Shown here: positions 52,553-63,869 of the stretch, in pieces
Layout of the letters: each line of letters begins with the position of its first letter
Numbering within the stretch: position 1 is the stretch's first letter
DNA from: Escherichia coli
GTDB taxonomy: Bacteria; Pseudomonadota; Gammaproteobacteria; Enterobacterales; Enterobacteriaceae
NCBI RefSeq assembly: GCF_003334355.1
Contig: NZ_QOWP01000020.1
Length of the DNA: 64,000 bases
Strand: one strand, 5' to 3'
Made by a program: the position numbers and the translations under genes
The notes under the pieces: model-generated
The model's input: only the letters and a program-made list of their open reading frames with translations
The model's database searches: none
Told to the model about the DNA's origin: nothing

Positions 52553-53845
52553 TTAGTGCTGTTCGATCAGTTCATCCAGTTTTTTCTGGCTCGCTTGCAG
52601 CGTAGTAGAGAGATCGGCTTTACCCACGGTGACGTTATGCACCATTGAACTCACCACGCCAGAACCCGTCACATCACCCATGCGGGTAAAGTTTTTATCC
52701 CCTACTGCGCCAAAAACCTGAATATTTGGCAGTTCACCGATTAGCTGATTCGGTAGTTCACCCAGCGCCTTAATAACGTCGTTGTCTTTCCAGGTGGCGG
52801 TAGTCACCACCGCTTTATTCACCGGCAGCGCAGCACCTGGCGACATCATCACCCAGTCGGCAATGTTGTCTGCCTGCTCCATAAAGGTGACAAATTTTTC
52901 TGCTGCTTCCGTCTCTTCGGTCTTTTGCCCGGCGGTAATGGTCAGCGAGGTCAACATGCCGTAGACCGCAGAGTTTTTCTCGGTTGGCACCACGAAACCG
53001 ACGTTTTTCGGGTCGCCTTCTTTAATCACAGCCGGAAGGATATAGGTGGAGTAAATCGCCATCGGCGCGGTGCCGTTCATAAAGGCGTCTTTCACTTCCA
53101 TGATGTCGTTAGAACCCGGCATAGTGTTGGCAGCAAGGTCGCGGTAATAGGTCAGTGCCTGCATCATCTCTGGTGTATCAAGGGTGATTTTGCCTTCGGC
53201 GTTAAAGACGTTAGCCTGGTTGGATAACGCAAACTGGGAGAAGGATTGTTCCGTCAACACGCTTTCTGCTGTAGGCAGCGCAATGCCGTATTTTTTATTC
53301 GCCGGGTCATTCAGTTTCTGTGCAACGTCCAGCAGCTGTTGCCAGTTTTTCGGCTCCTCAAGCCCCGCTTTTGCCAGCACATCTTTGCGATACCAGATAC
53401 CGCCAATCCAGGCGCTGACAGGAACACCGGTCCATGCGCTACCATCTTCGGTACGCACAATACGCAGTACGCCATCGTAAAACGCGCCTTCACCAACGTT
53501 GCTGATGACTGTGGCAACCGCTTTGCGATCGATAAGCTGCTCTTTGTCCATCACTTTGGCGTAGTCATGGCTGGTTTCGATCACTTCCGGCAGCGAACCG
53601 CTACGTGAAAGAGTAATGACTTTAGTGTTATAGGCATCTTCTTCCACGGGCACTTGCTTAACGGTGATGCCAGGGTTTTCTTTTTCAAAACGGGCAATCA
53701 ATTTACTGATAACGGCCTGGCGCTCCTGCTCCACCGAAGAATGCATAAATTCGATGGATACATTCGTTTTATTTTCTTCTTTACAGCCTGAAATCAGGGC
53801 GCATGAAACCAGTGCTGATAACAGCACGATTTTTGATTTAATCAT
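52553..53845 (-). CDS. ycjN: Periplasmic sugar-binding lipoprotein YcjN
   Basis: 430-aa ORF with the lipobox LISGC. Confidence 0.9.
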   Translation of the reverse strand: MIKSKIVLLSALVSCALISGCKEENKTNVSIEFMHSSVEQERQAVISKLIARFEKENPGITVKQVPVEEDAYNTKVITLSRSGSLPEVIETSHDYAKVMDKEQLIDRKAVATVISNVGEGAFYDGVLRIVRTEDGSAWTGVPVSAWIGGIWYRKDVLAKAGLEEPKNWQQLLDVAQKLNDPANKKYGIALPTAESVLTEQSFSQFALSNQANVFNAEGKITLDTPEMMQALTYYRDLAANTMPGSNDIMEVKDAFMNGTAPMAIYSTYILPAVIKEGDPKNVGFVVPTEKNSAVYGMLTSLTITAGQKTEETEAAEKFVTFMEQADNIADWVMMSPGAALPVNKAVVTTATWKDNDVIKALGELPNQLIGELPNIQVFGAVGDKNFTRMGDVTGSGVVSSMVHNVTVGKADLSTTLQASQKKLDELIEQH

Positions 53846-53858
53846 GAGATGTTCCTTT

Positions 53859-55538
53859 TTATTTAATCCACATAACCTGCCAGGGGCGCAGCGTTATTTC
53901 ATTACCCAATATATCAACTTCACTAATCAGATCCCGACCATGCAGATTAGTAATATTTACATGCTGAATATTTTTACTGACATTAAACAATCCAGTCAGA
54001 CAATTACCATCAGCGTTACTTCTTTGAATACGCATTACGGATGAATTAATCGTATCAATGGTAAAATTATTATCCGGATGAAACTCGTTATGGCTGCGAC
54101 GAAGTGTAATTAAACGCGACAACTCATGATATACCGCATGCCTTAATGTAGCTTCATCGTTCAGTTCTCGGGTTATCTCTTTACTGTGATATTTTTTACG
54201 GTTAATCGCACGGTTATATCCGAGTTTTTCGACACCTGCGTAATCATTACGCGAGCCAAGAATACTTTGAATATATATCGCTGGCACACCGGGGAAACTT
54301 AACAAAATCGCATGGGCAAGGATAAACCTGGCGCAACGTTCTTCATCGCTACTCTCACGGCGGCTTAACGCATCCATATAGGTCACATTTATTTCATACG
54401 GACTGCGTGTACCGTCGGGATTATTTTTCCAGTTTACTAATGCACCTTCCTGCTGTAACGCCTCGACCAGCTCTAATATTTCGCTTTCAGGCAACAAGCC
54501 CCGTAGCGGGTTTAGCCCGATGCCATCGTGAGAGGCGAGGAAGTTAAACCAGGTGGTGTTGCTGGAAGGTAGTGTCAGGTTTTGCGCCCACGCACAAAGC
54601 GCCTCAACGTTCTGTTTTTGCACCGCATGCAGCACCAGTGGCGGCAGCGAGAACTGGTACACCATATGTGCTTCGTCATCGCCTGCGCCAAAGTAAGCAA
54701 TGTTGTCTTTATGCGGAACATTGGTCTCGGTAATGATCACTGTACCTGGCGCAACGTTATCAATAATCGACCGTAACAGTTTGATAATCAGATGTGTTTT
54801 TTCCAGATGGATGCAGCTTGTTCCCGGCTCTTTCCACATAAAGCCAACGGCATCCAGGCGGACATACTCAGCACCTTTCGCAAAGTAACAGAGTAAAACA
54901 TCCACCATCGCCAGCAACACTTCAGGGCTACGGTAATTCAGGTCAATTTGATCGTCACTAAAGGTGGTCCATAAATGGCGCGTTGAATGATCGCGCATCT
55001 GGAATGGCGTTAATAACGGTAACGCACGCGGGCGAGTGACGGCGCTGAGATCGGTTTGCGGGTCAACGGCAATAAAAAAATCTTCAAAACCTGGATGCTG
55101 TTGTAAATAGTTTTTAAACCATTCACTTTTTGCCGACATATGGTTGCAGACAAAATCAAACATTAAATGACTGCATTCACCGAGTTGCTGAATATCCTGC
55201 CACTCCCCCGCTTCACTGGCGACCTGATGATAATCAATTACCGAAAAGCCATCATCAGATGACCATGGATAAAACGGCAACAAATGAACATGTGAAAAAA
55301 TGCTTTGCAGCCATTGATGGTAAAACTGATTAAATGTGGGTAATGGTTTTAAATCATTGCTGTGAAATTGATCGGCATAGGTAATTAACACGACATCACT
55401 TTCATCCCAGTGTTTTTTACGTCGCTGTGTAATTAATCGTTTCGCACTCTCAAGACGCGTTACAAGTTTCTGTAAATGAGTTGCGGTAAATGTTCCACCG
55501 TAGATTTCGTCCAGGTAATCCGTAATTTTCTGTTTCAT
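53859..55538 (-). CDS. ycjM: GH13 glucosylglycerate/sucrose-type phosphorylase YcjM
   Basis: 559-aa product from MKQKITDYLDEIYGGTFTATHLQKL... Confidence 0.9.
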   Translation of the reverse strand: MKQKITDYLDEIYGGTFTATHLQKLVTRLESAKRLITQRRKKHWDESDVVLITYADQFHSNDLKPLPTFNQFYHQWLQSIFSHVHLLPFYPWSSDDGFSVIDYHQVASEAGEWQDIQQLGECSHLMFDFVCNHMSAKSEWFKNYLQQHPGFEDFFIAVDPQTDLSAVTRPRALPLLTPFQMRDHSTRHLWTTFSDDQIDLNYRSPEVLLAMVDVLLCYFAKGAEYVRLDAVGFMWKEPGTSCIHLEKTHLIIKLLRSIIDNVAPGTVIITETNVPHKDNIAYFGAGDDEAHMVYQFSLPPLVLHAVQKQNVEALCAWAQNLTLPSSNTTWFNFLASHDGIGLNPLRGLLPESEILELVEALQQEGALVNWKNNPDGTRSPYEINVTYMDALSRRESSDEERCARFILAHAILLSFPGVPAIYIQSILGSRNDYAGVEKLGYNRAINRKKYHSKEITRELNDEATLRHAVYHELSRLITLRRSHNEFHPDNNFTIDTINSSVMRIQRSNADGNCLTGLFNVSKNIQHVNITNLHGRDLISEVDILGNEITLRPWQVMWIK

Positions 55539-55709
55539 GTTGCCTTTCCGTGGTAGCGGTCCCATGAAACGAGAGACTACTCCGCAGAAAATAAACTGTC
55601 AATTGAGCACAAGGGTTTTAGTCACGCAGGAAATCATTTTTTACCAGGGAAAAAGCGTATTTGTGAGCTGACGCAAATAATCTATGGGGATGTAAATAAG
55701 GTGTGACAG

Positions 55710-55734
55710 AAAAAAAAACGGCGCATAAGCGCCG
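55710..55734 (-). terminator. psp operon terminator
   Basis: Stem cggcgc/gcgccg with loop ataa. A run of nine T follows on the minus strand. It lies 17 nt after the pspE stop. Confidence 0.8.
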
Positions 55735-55750
55735 CTCATGGTGAATTCTT

Positions 55751-56065
55751 TTAACCTTTGACCTTCGGCATTGCGATGTCTTTCAGGCCACCGGCGTTCT
55801 CAACGTGGGTATATCCCATCTCGCTAAGGATCTCTTTTGCTTGCCCTGACTGGCGTCCGGCATTGCAATACACTTTCACGGTGTCGTTTTTATCCGGAAC
55901 GGCGGTGGCAATGCGCTCTTTCACTTCCTTCAGGGGAATATTGATGGCCCCCTGAACGTGCTCTTGCTGATACTGCTCTGGAACACGAACATCGATCCAG
56001 TGTTCAGCGGCGAAAACGGGCAGTGAAAACACCAGTGCCAGAGCAAGTAAGCCTTTTTTAAACAT
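55751..56065 (-). CDS. pspE: Periplasmic rhodanese PspE
   Basis: 104-aa ORF with a signal peptide and the active-site motif CNAGRQS. Confidence 0.95.
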   Translation of the reverse strand: MFKKGLLALALVFSLPVFAAEHWIDVRVPEQYQQEHVQGAINIPLKEVKERIATAVPDKNDTVKVYCNAGRQSGQAKEILSEMGYTHVENAGGLKDIAMPKVKG

Positions 56066-56139
56066 GTAAGCGTCCTTCTATGGATGAAAATTGCCATCCA
56101 TTATACGCCTGAGATTTAACAATTTTTGCGAAACTCCCC

Positions 56140-56361
56140 TCACCTTTTATAACGCTGTGCCAGTTTATTAGTAGCCCGACTTAACAGCGGTTCCAGCGCC
56201 ACAGCCAGCAACATTTTCAGCGGTCGGCGAGCAACTGATTTTATCGCCCAGCCCGCCACACCCGCCGGGCCATAGCGCAGTGCGGTAAGAAGTACCAGCT
56301 TGCCTGCTAATTTGAAACCAGGCTTTACCTTTTGCCCGGCCTGTTGCCAGCGAGTATTCAT
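56140..56361 (-). CDS. pspD: Phage shock protein D
   Basis: 73-aa product [25 protein letters not shown]... Confidence 0.9.
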   Translation of the reverse strand: MNTRWQQAGQKVKPGFKLAGKLVLLTALRYGPAGVAGWAIKSVARRPLKMLLAVALEPLLSRATNKLAQRYKR

Positions 56362-56369
56362 AACTTTCC

Positions 56370-56729
56370 TCACAGTTGACGGAAACGGCTACGTAACGTG
56401 AAAGTATCGGAAGTGACATAACGTTCCATCTCGCGTAAACGCGTTTCACTTGCCGCCAGTTCACGGTCGACTTCATCCAGCAATTCGCTGCTGGAAGGTA
56501 GCTGCTCACCAAAGGCCATGTTGTCCGGCATTGGATCAAGCGCAAATGACAAAATGATGTAAGCAACCAGGGTAAACAGCGCCAGACCGAAGAAAATCGA
56601 CAGCACCACCAGGATACGCACCAGTTTTACCGGTACATCAAAATAGTTGGCAATCCCGGCGCAGACGCCGCGGACCATGCCCTGCTGTGGAATACGCCAT
56701 AATTTTTTATTGAGATTAATGCCCGCCAT
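56370..56729 (-). CDS. pspC: Phage shock protein C
   Basis: 119-aa ORF. Confidence 0.95.
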   Translation of the reverse strand: MAGINLNKKLWRIPQQGMVRGVCAGIANYFDVPVKLVRILVVLSIFFGLALFTLVAYIILSFALDPMPDNMAFGEQLPSSSELLDEVDRELAASETRLREMERYVTSDTFTLRSRFRQL

Positions 56730-56953
56730 TAGCGATCCCTCCAGTTCGGATGTTCTGCATCAAGAATAGATTCCAGCGCCTGAATACGTTCGCGCATCCG
56801 TTTTGCTTCATCAGCCAGTTGCGCTAATCGCTGCTGCTCACTTTGCGACAATTCACTGCGACCAGAACGATTGCTGTAATGCAGCCATAACCAGATCGGT
56901 AAAACAAACAGCACAAAAATGGTTAACGGAATAGCCAGAAATAACGCGCTCAT
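56729..56953 (-). CDS. pspB: Phage shock protein B
   Basis: 74-aa ORF. Its stop overlaps the pspC start. Confidence 0.95.
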   Translation of the reverse strand: MSALFLAIPLTIFVLFVLPIWLWLHYSNRSGRSELSQSEQQRLAQLADEAKRMRERIQALESILDAEHPNWRDR

Positions 56954-57006
56954 AAGTACTCCTTAGACGATGAGCGGCGGCGCGTTCGGACGCCGCCTGG
57001 ATGTTA

Positions 57007-57747
<741 letters not shown>

Positions 57748-57841
57748 TTATCTTTTTGATTTATAAAGATCTGATTGAAGAATCAACAGCAACATGCCAG
57801 GATGAGTTAGCGAATTACACTAACAAGTGGCGAATTTCATC

Positions 57842-58819
57842 ATGGCAGAATACAAAGATAATTTACTTGGTGAGGCGAACAGCTTTCTCGAAGTGCTGGA
57901 ACAGGTTTCGCATCTCGCACCGCTGGACAAACCGGTGCTCATCATCGGCGAACGCGGCACCGGTAAAGAGCTGATTGCCAGCCGCCTGCATTATCTCTCC
58001 TCCCGTTGGCAAGGGCCGTTTATTTCCCTTAACTGCGCGGCGTTAAATGAAAATCTGCTGGATTCCGAACTGTTTGGTCACGAAGCGGGGGCGTTTACCG
58101 GTGCGCAAAAACGTCATCCAGGGAGATTTGAACGTGCCGACGGCGGTACGCTATTTCTTGATGAACTCGCTACGGCACCGATGATGGTGCAGGAGAAATT
58201 ATTGCGCGTGATTGAGTACGGTGAACTGGAGCGCGTTGGCGGCAGCCAGCCATTGCAGGTGAATGTGCGGTTGGTATGCGCGACGAATGCCGATCTCCCG
58301 GCGATGGTCAATGAAGGCACTTTTCGCGCTGACCTGCTCGACCGACTGGCTTTTGATGTTGTACAACTGCCACCACTGCGCGAGCGCGAAAGCGACATAA
58401 TGTTGATGGCAGAACACTTTGCCATCCAGATGTGTCGGGAAATCAAGCTGCCTCTGTTCCCGGGGTTTACGGAGCGCGCCAGAGAAACATTGCTGAATTA
58501 TCGTTGGCCGGGAAATATTCGTGAATTGAAAAACGTGGTGGAACGTTCAGTGTATCGCCACGGCACCAGCGATTATCCGCTTGATGACATCATTATTGAT
58601 CCCTTTAAACGGCGTCCGCCTGAAGACGCTATCGCCGTTTCAGAAACCACCTCGCTTCCAACACTGCCGCTGGATTTACGTGAGTTTCAGATGCAGCAGG
58701 AAAAAGAGTTGCTGCAACTCAGTTTGCAACAAGGGAAATATAACCAGAAGCGCGCGGCTGAATTACTGGGGTTAACTTATCATCAGTTCCGCGCGTTGTT
58801 GAAAAAGCACCAGATTTAG
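57842..58819 (+). CDS. pspF: sigma54 enhancer-binding activator PspF
   Basis: 325-aa product from MAEYKDNLLGEANSFLEVLEQVSHLAPLDKPVLIIGERGTGKE..., including GAFTGA. Confidence 0.95.
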   Translation: MAEYKDNLLGEANSFLEVLEQVSHLAPLDKPVLIIGERGTGKELIASRLHYLSSRWQGPFISLNCAALNENLLDSELFGHEAGAFTGAQKRHPGRFERADGGTLFLDELATAPMMVQEKLLRVIEYGELERVGGSQPLQVNVRLVCATNADLPAMVNEGTFRADLLDRLAFDVVQLPPLRERESDIMLMAEHFAIQMCREIKLPLFPGFTERARETLLNYRWPGNIRELKNVVERSVYRHGTSDYPLDDIIIDPFKRRPPEDAIAVSETTSLPTLPLDLREFQMQQEKELLQLSLQQGKYNQKRAAELLGLTYHQFRALLKKHQI

Positions 58820-58840
58820 CGAAGTTGAGCAATACAACTT

Positions 58841-58917
58841 GCCGGATGCGGCGTGAATGCTTTATTCGGCATACATAATCAATACGTCGTTTGCAGGCCT
58901 GATAAGCGCAGCGCATC
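58841..58917. repeat. Two REP units between pspF and puuE
   Basis: The units are gccggatgcggcgtgaatgctttattcggcatac and tgcaggcctgataagcgcagcgcatca. Confidence 0.75.
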
Positions 58918-58938
58918 ATACATTATTGCGTTGGGCTA

Positions 58939-60204
58939 TTAATCGCTCAGCGCATCCTGCAAAATTTTCATTGCCGCATCGAATTGCGCATCCGGGATGG
59001 TCAGCGGATACAGGAAGCGAATCACGTTGCCGTATGCGCCACAGGTCAGCAGGAGCAGCCCCTGCGCCAGCGCGCGTTGCTGGATTTTCTGTGCAATCGC
59101 CGCTGACGGCTCGCCCGTTTGCGGATCGTTAAACTCTACCGCAATCATCGACCCCAGGCCGCGTACCGCAGCAATGGCCGGAACGCTTTCTTTGGCATCA
59201 ATCAACGTGTTTTTGAGACGCTGGCCCAGTTGATTCGCGCGTTCGCAGAGTGATTCTTTGTCGATAATATTGAGCACCGCGTGCGCGGCAGCCACCGCCA
59301 GCGGGTTACCGGCGTAGGTGCCGCCAAGCCCGCCCGGCGCGGGTGCGTCCATAATATTCGCGTTACCGACCACGCCCGAAAGCGGCATCCCGCCCGCGAG
59401 GCTTTTCGCCATCGTCATTAAATCCGGCTTATCGGCGTAATGATCCATGGCAAACAGCTTACCGGTACGCGCAAAGCCGCTTTGCACTTCATCAGCAATC
59501 ATCACAATACCGTGCTCGTCGCACAGGCGGCGAATAGCGGCAACCAGCTCTTTTGGCGCAACGTTGAAACCGCCCTCGCCCTGCACCGGTTCGAAAATAA
59601 TCGCCGCCACCTGCTTCGCTTCGATGTCTGATTTAAACAAGCGTTCGATGGCGTCGAGGGAGTCCTGTGTTGAAATGCCGTGTAAATCTGACGGATAAGG
59701 TACGTGATACACCGAACCAGGGAACGGGCCGAAGCCGATTTTGTACGGCGCAACTTTTCCGGTCAGCGCCATGGTCATATACGTACGACCGTGAAAGCCG
59801 CCGCTAAACGCAATCACGCCAGGGCGTCCGGTATGGGCGCGAGCAATTTTCACCGCGTTTTCCACCGCTTCCGCACCGGTGGTGAAGAACGCGGTTTTGG
59901 CCTGCCCGCTCACCGGGGCAAGGGCGTTGATTTTCTCCGCCAGGGTGACGTAGCTTTCATACGGCACAATCTGATACGCGGTGTGGGTAAACTGTTGCAG
60001 TTGCTGCTCCACCGCCGCGACCAGATCAGGGTGGCGATGTCCGGTATTCAGCACCGCAATGCCTGCGGCGAAATCGATGTACTCGTTGCCCTCAACATCC
60101 TTCAGCGTGGCGTTTTCAGCCGACTGGGCGAAGAAGTTACACATCACGCCAACCCCGCGCGGAGTGGCAGAAAGACGACGCTGATGGAATTCATTGTTGC
60201 TCAT
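58939..60204 (-). CDS. puuE: 4-Aminobutyrate aminotransferase PuuE
   Basis: 421-aa class-III aminotransferase ORF. Confidence 0.95.
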   Translation of the reverse strand: MSNNEFHQRRLSATPRGVGVMCNFFAQSAENATLKDVEGNEYIDFAAGIAVLNTGHRHPDLVAAVEQQLQQFTHTAYQIVPYESYVTLAEKINALAPVSGQAKTAFFTTGAEAVENAVKIARAHTGRPGVIAFSGGFHGRTYMTMALTGKVAPYKIGFGPFPGSVYHVPYPSDLHGISTQDSLDAIERLFKSDIEAKQVAAIIFEPVQGEGGFNVAPKELVAAIRRLCDEHGIVMIADEVQSGFARTGKLFAMDHYADKPDLMTMAKSLAGGMPLSGVVGNANIMDAPAPGGLGGTYAGNPLAVAAAHAVLNIIDKESLCERANQLGQRLKNTLIDAKESVPAIAAVRGLGSMIAVEFNDPQTGEPSAAIAQKIQQRALAQGLLLLTCGAYGNVIRFLYPLTIPDAQFDAAMKILQDALSD

Positions 60205-60241
60205 GTTTCACACCTTTTGACTCTTCACGGTTAATCGGAAA

Positions 60242-61522
60242 TTAAACGCCCAGACGATCGCGCAGGCTGTAATACGCCGCGCCCATCGCGGTAAACGGCA
60301 CACGCAGCGTGCGCCCGCCGGGGAACGGGTAATGCGGCAGATTGGCGAAGGCATCGAAACGTTCGGCGTCGCCGCGCAGCAGTTCGGCAATCAAACGTCC
60401 GGCTAGATGAGTACAGGTCACGCCGTGGCCGCTGTAGCCCTGCATGTAATAGATGTTGGTATCGAGGCGACCAAACTGCGGCATACGCGACAGGGTCAGC
60501 AGGAAGTTGCCCGTCCAGCGGTAATCAATTTTCACGCCCTTCAGCTGCGGGAAGGTTTTCAGCAGTTTCGGCACCACAAGGCGCTCAACGTCATCCGGGT
60601 CGCGCGCGCCGTAGACCACGCCGCCGCCGTACAGCAGGCGGTTGTCGGCGGTAAGACGGTAGTAATCAAGCAGATAGTTACAGTCTTCCACACAGTAGTT
60701 TTTCGGGATCAGCGAACGGGCTAAATCTTCCGACAGCCGTTCGGTGGTGATCACCTGCGTGCCGCACGGCATGCTGCGTTTCGCCAGTTCCGGCTCTACT
60801 TTATCGCCCAGATACGCATTCCCGGCGACAATCACATACTTCGCCGTCACCTGACCTTTGGCAGTTCGCACAACGGCTGGCGTGGTGTGCTGGATCTGCG
60901 TCACGGCAGAAAGTTCATACACGCGCCCGCCGTTGAGGCGGATGGCGTCCGCTTCGCCAATGGCGAGGTTTAGCGGATGAATATGCCCACCGCTGTGATC
61001 CAGCAGCGCACCAGTGTAGCGATCGCTGGCGACCTCGCGGCGAATAGCGTTGGCGTCCAGCAGCTCCAGCTGATTATTGCCGTAGCGTTCCCAGTTCTCT
61101 TTCTGCTCTTCGAGTGTGGCGAGTTGTTTATCATTCATCGCCACAAACAGACCGCCGGGACGATAGTCGCAGTCAATCTGATAACGTTTGATACGTTCGC
61201 GGATGATCTCGCCACCCTCGAACATCATGCTGCCGAGCATACGGGCGGTGTCCATGCCGTAGTTTTTTTCGATCACGTCGATGTCGCGGCTGTAGGAGTT
61301 CACAAGCTGCCCGCCATTGCGTCCGCTTGCGCCGAAGCCGATGCGTGAGGCTTCAAGAACCACCACGTCAAAGCCCGCTTCCGCCAGATGCAGCGCGGAA
61401 GAGAGCCCGGTATAGCCGCCGCCGACCACGCAAACGTCGCAGGAAATCGACTCATTCAGCGTGTCGAATGGCGCGTATTTATTCGCACTGGCGGCGTAGT
61501 AACTGCTGGTATGTTCGGTCAT
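60242..61522 (-). CDS. puuB: Gamma-glutamylputrescine oxidase PuuB
   Basis: 426-aa FAD oxidoreductase ORF (VVGGGYTG). Confidence 0.95.
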   Translation of the reverse strand: MTEHTSSYYAASANKYAPFDTLNESISCDVCVVGGGYTGLSSALHLAEAGFDVVVLEASRIGFGASGRNGGQLVNSYSRDIDVIEKNYGMDTARMLGSMMFEGGEIIRERIKRYQIDCDYRPGGLFVAMNDKQLATLEEQKENWERYGNNQLELLDANAIRREVASDRYTGALLDHSGGHIHPLNLAIGEADAIRLNGGRVYELSAVTQIQHTTPAVVRTAKGQVTAKYVIVAGNAYLGDKVEPELAKRSMPCGTQVITTERLSEDLARSLIPKNYCVEDCNYLLDYYRLTADNRLLYGGGVVYGARDPDDVERLVVPKLLKTFPQLKGVKIDYRWTGNFLLTLSRMPQFGRLDTNIYYMQGYSGHGVTCTHLAGRLIAELLRGDAERFDAFANLPHYPFPGGRTLRVPFTAMGAAYYSLRDRLGV

Positions 61523-61523
61523 T

Positions 61524-63011
61524 TCAGGCCTCCAGGCTTATCCAGATGGTTTTCAGTTCGGTGAATTTTTCAAGGGCATGCAGGGATTTGTCGCGACCGT
61601 TGCCGCTCTGCTTATAGCCGCCAAACGGCACGGTCATATCGCCGTCGTTGTAGTTATTGACGAAGACGGAACCAGCCTTCAGGCGGCGGCTCATGCGGTG
61701 CGCGCGGGAGAGGTCGCGCGTCCATACCGCCGCGCCAAGGCCGTACTGGCTGTCGTTGGCAAGCTGTAGCGCCTGTTCTTCTGATGTGAAACGCGTGACC
61801 ACCAGCACCGGACCGAAAATCTCTTCGCGGCTTAAGGACGCATTCGGGTCTACATCCACAAAGATGGTCGGGCCGATGGCGGCAGCCAGCTCAGCGTTAC
61901 GACCATCCAGCAGCAGTTGCCCTTTGCTTTCGCCTTCCCGAATAAAGCTATGGACCGAGTCGGCGTGGGCGCAGTCGATTAAGGTGCCCATGGTGGTTGC
62001 GGGATCAAGTGGATGGCCCGGCTGCCAGTTTTGCGCCTACTGTTTTAACAGGGCTAAGAATTCATCGGCGATGCTCTCTTCCAGCAACAAACGCGTTCCG
62101 GCGATGCACACCTGGCCCTGGTTGTAGAAGATGCCTGCGGCGGTGGCGCTTGCCGCTTTTTACAGATCCGGACAATCGGCGAAAACGAGGTTGGCGCTTT
62201 TGCCGCCCGCTTCCAGCCAGACGCGTTTCATGTTGCTGTCGCCCGCATCTTTCAGCAGCTGTTTCCCGGTACGGGTTGAACCGGTAAAGGCAATGGCGTC
62301 GATATCGTTATGACGCGACAGCGCCTGCCCCGCTTCATGACCAAAACCCGTCACCACGTTCAACACACCATCCGGCAAGCCTGCTTCTTTCGCCAGCCCC
62401 GCGAGACGAATCGCACTGAGCGGTGATTTTTCAGACGGTTTTAGAATCACGCTGTTTCCCGCCGCCAGCGCCGGGCCGAGTTTCCAGCAAGTCAGCAACA
62501 GCGGGAAGTTCCACGGCACGATGGCGGCAATCACGCCGACCGGTTCACGCACGATCATCGCCAGCTCATGGCTACTGGTGGTCGCCACTTCGCCATACAC
62601 TTTGTCGATCGCTTCGGCGTACCAGCGAATGGCGCGCGCCGCGCCGGGAATATCATCACGCAGACTGTGACGAATCGGTTTGCCGGTGTCGAGAGTTTCC
62701 AGCAGTGCCAGCTCTTCGGCGTGGGCTTCCATTAAATCGGCGAGTTTATTCAGTACCGCTTTACGTTTAGCCGGAGAAGAGAGTGACCAGTCGCCGCGTT
62801 CAAATACGCCGCGTGCTGCGCTCACCGCACGGTCGATATCGACGCTCTTGCCGCGGGCAATTTTCGCCAGCGGTGCCTGGGTGACCGGATCAACGGTTTC
62901 AAAGGTTTCATTTTCCGCCGCAGCAGTATATTCACCGTTAATAAATAAGCGGTTTTCAATGGCGAGACTTAACGCTTTATCCTGCCAGTAAGCCAGATGA
63001 TGAAAATTCAT
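61524..63011 (-). pseudogene. puuC: Gamma-glutamyl-gamma-aminobutyraldehyde dehydrogenase gene puuC with two in-frame stops (TAA codon 284, TAG codon 325)
   Basis: Track ORFs 62160..63107 and 61524..61991 lie in one frame of a 496-codon gene that starts at MNFHHLAYWQDKAL (63011). The minus strand reads ..ADCPDL-TAA-KAASATAAGIFYNQGQVCIAGTRLLLEESIADEFLALLKQ-TAG-AQNWQPGHPLDPATTMGTLID.. The stops are at 62160-62162 and 62037-62039, and there is no frameshift. Confidence 0.85.
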
Positions 63012-63111
63012 TATGACTCCTGTTTCACGTCTATCAGATATATGCAGTTTGTGAACGTCAGGGCGCAGAGATCCCCGGGCCGTATGCCCGTTTATTTCTG
63101 GCGACATTCTT

Positions 63112-63240
63112 TATATACACTTCATCCTTCAAGCCGCCTCTGCCTTGGCTGCGTTCGCTCCCCCGAATCACTTACCTGAGTAAGCTCATCGGGATTCGCT
63201 CACTTGCCGCCTTGATGCAACTTGAATGATTTTGTGTATA
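63112..63240. repeat. ERIC (IRU) element between puuC and puuR
   Basis: An imperfect ~127-bp palindrome. It contains cttcatccttcaagccgcctctgccttggctgcgttcgctcccccgaatcacttacctgagtaagctcatcgggattcgctcac, which matches the ERIC consensus on the complementary strand. Confidence 0.75.
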
Positions 63241-63285
63241 GATTGCCGGGCGCATTGCGCTTACCCGGCTTACAGAACAAAAAGA

Positions 63286-63843
63286 TTAAAACGTGGTGGG
63301 CGTATGGGCGCTGATAATTCGGCAAATACCTGCCGACGTATTACTGAAACTGTGCGGGATGCCGGTATTAATGGCATAACTTTGCCCCGCGACGAGGTGG
63401 TAATCCTGACCATTAATCGTCAGAACAATTTCACCTTCCAGTACTGTGCCTATTTCCTCACCCTGATGCTTAATTCTTTCCCCAGTGGTTGTGCCCGGCT
63501 GGTACGTTTCAAAGATCATCGCCAGCGTGCGATTCGGGTTACCGTTATGAACCAGCTTCATTGACACACCCTGACTGCCCATCTCAATTAAGTCGTCCTG
63601 ATTAATGACGACCTGCGGCTCATCAGGTTTTTCCGGCTCGGAAAAGAATTCCGAGAGTGACAGACCATACACCTTCAGCAGCTTTTGCAGCGTACTGATG
63701 GCAGGGCTGACTTTATCTTGTTCTATCGTACTGATAGCACTGTGAGTCAGCCCGGAGAGTTCGGCGGCACGACGTTGTGAAAGCCCCTGCTGCTGGCGGA
63801 TTTCCGACAAGCGTTTTCCTGGCGCCAGTCCCTCATCACTCAT
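63286..63843 (-). CDS. puuR: Putrescine-utilisation repressor PuuR (HTH + cupin)
   Basis: 185-aa ORF. Confidence 0.95.
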   Translation of the reverse strand: MSDEGLAPGKRLSEIRQQQGLSQRRAAELSGLTHSAISTIEQDKVSPAISTLQKLLKVYGLSLSEFFSEPEKPDEPQVVINQDDLIEMGSQGVSMKLVHNGNPNRTLAMIFETYQPGTTTGERIKHQGEEIGTVLEGEIVLTINGQDYHLVAGQSYAINTGIPHSFSNTSAGICRIISAHTPTTF

Positions 63844-63869
63844 ATTTGCATTTCCTTAAACTGTAGTGG

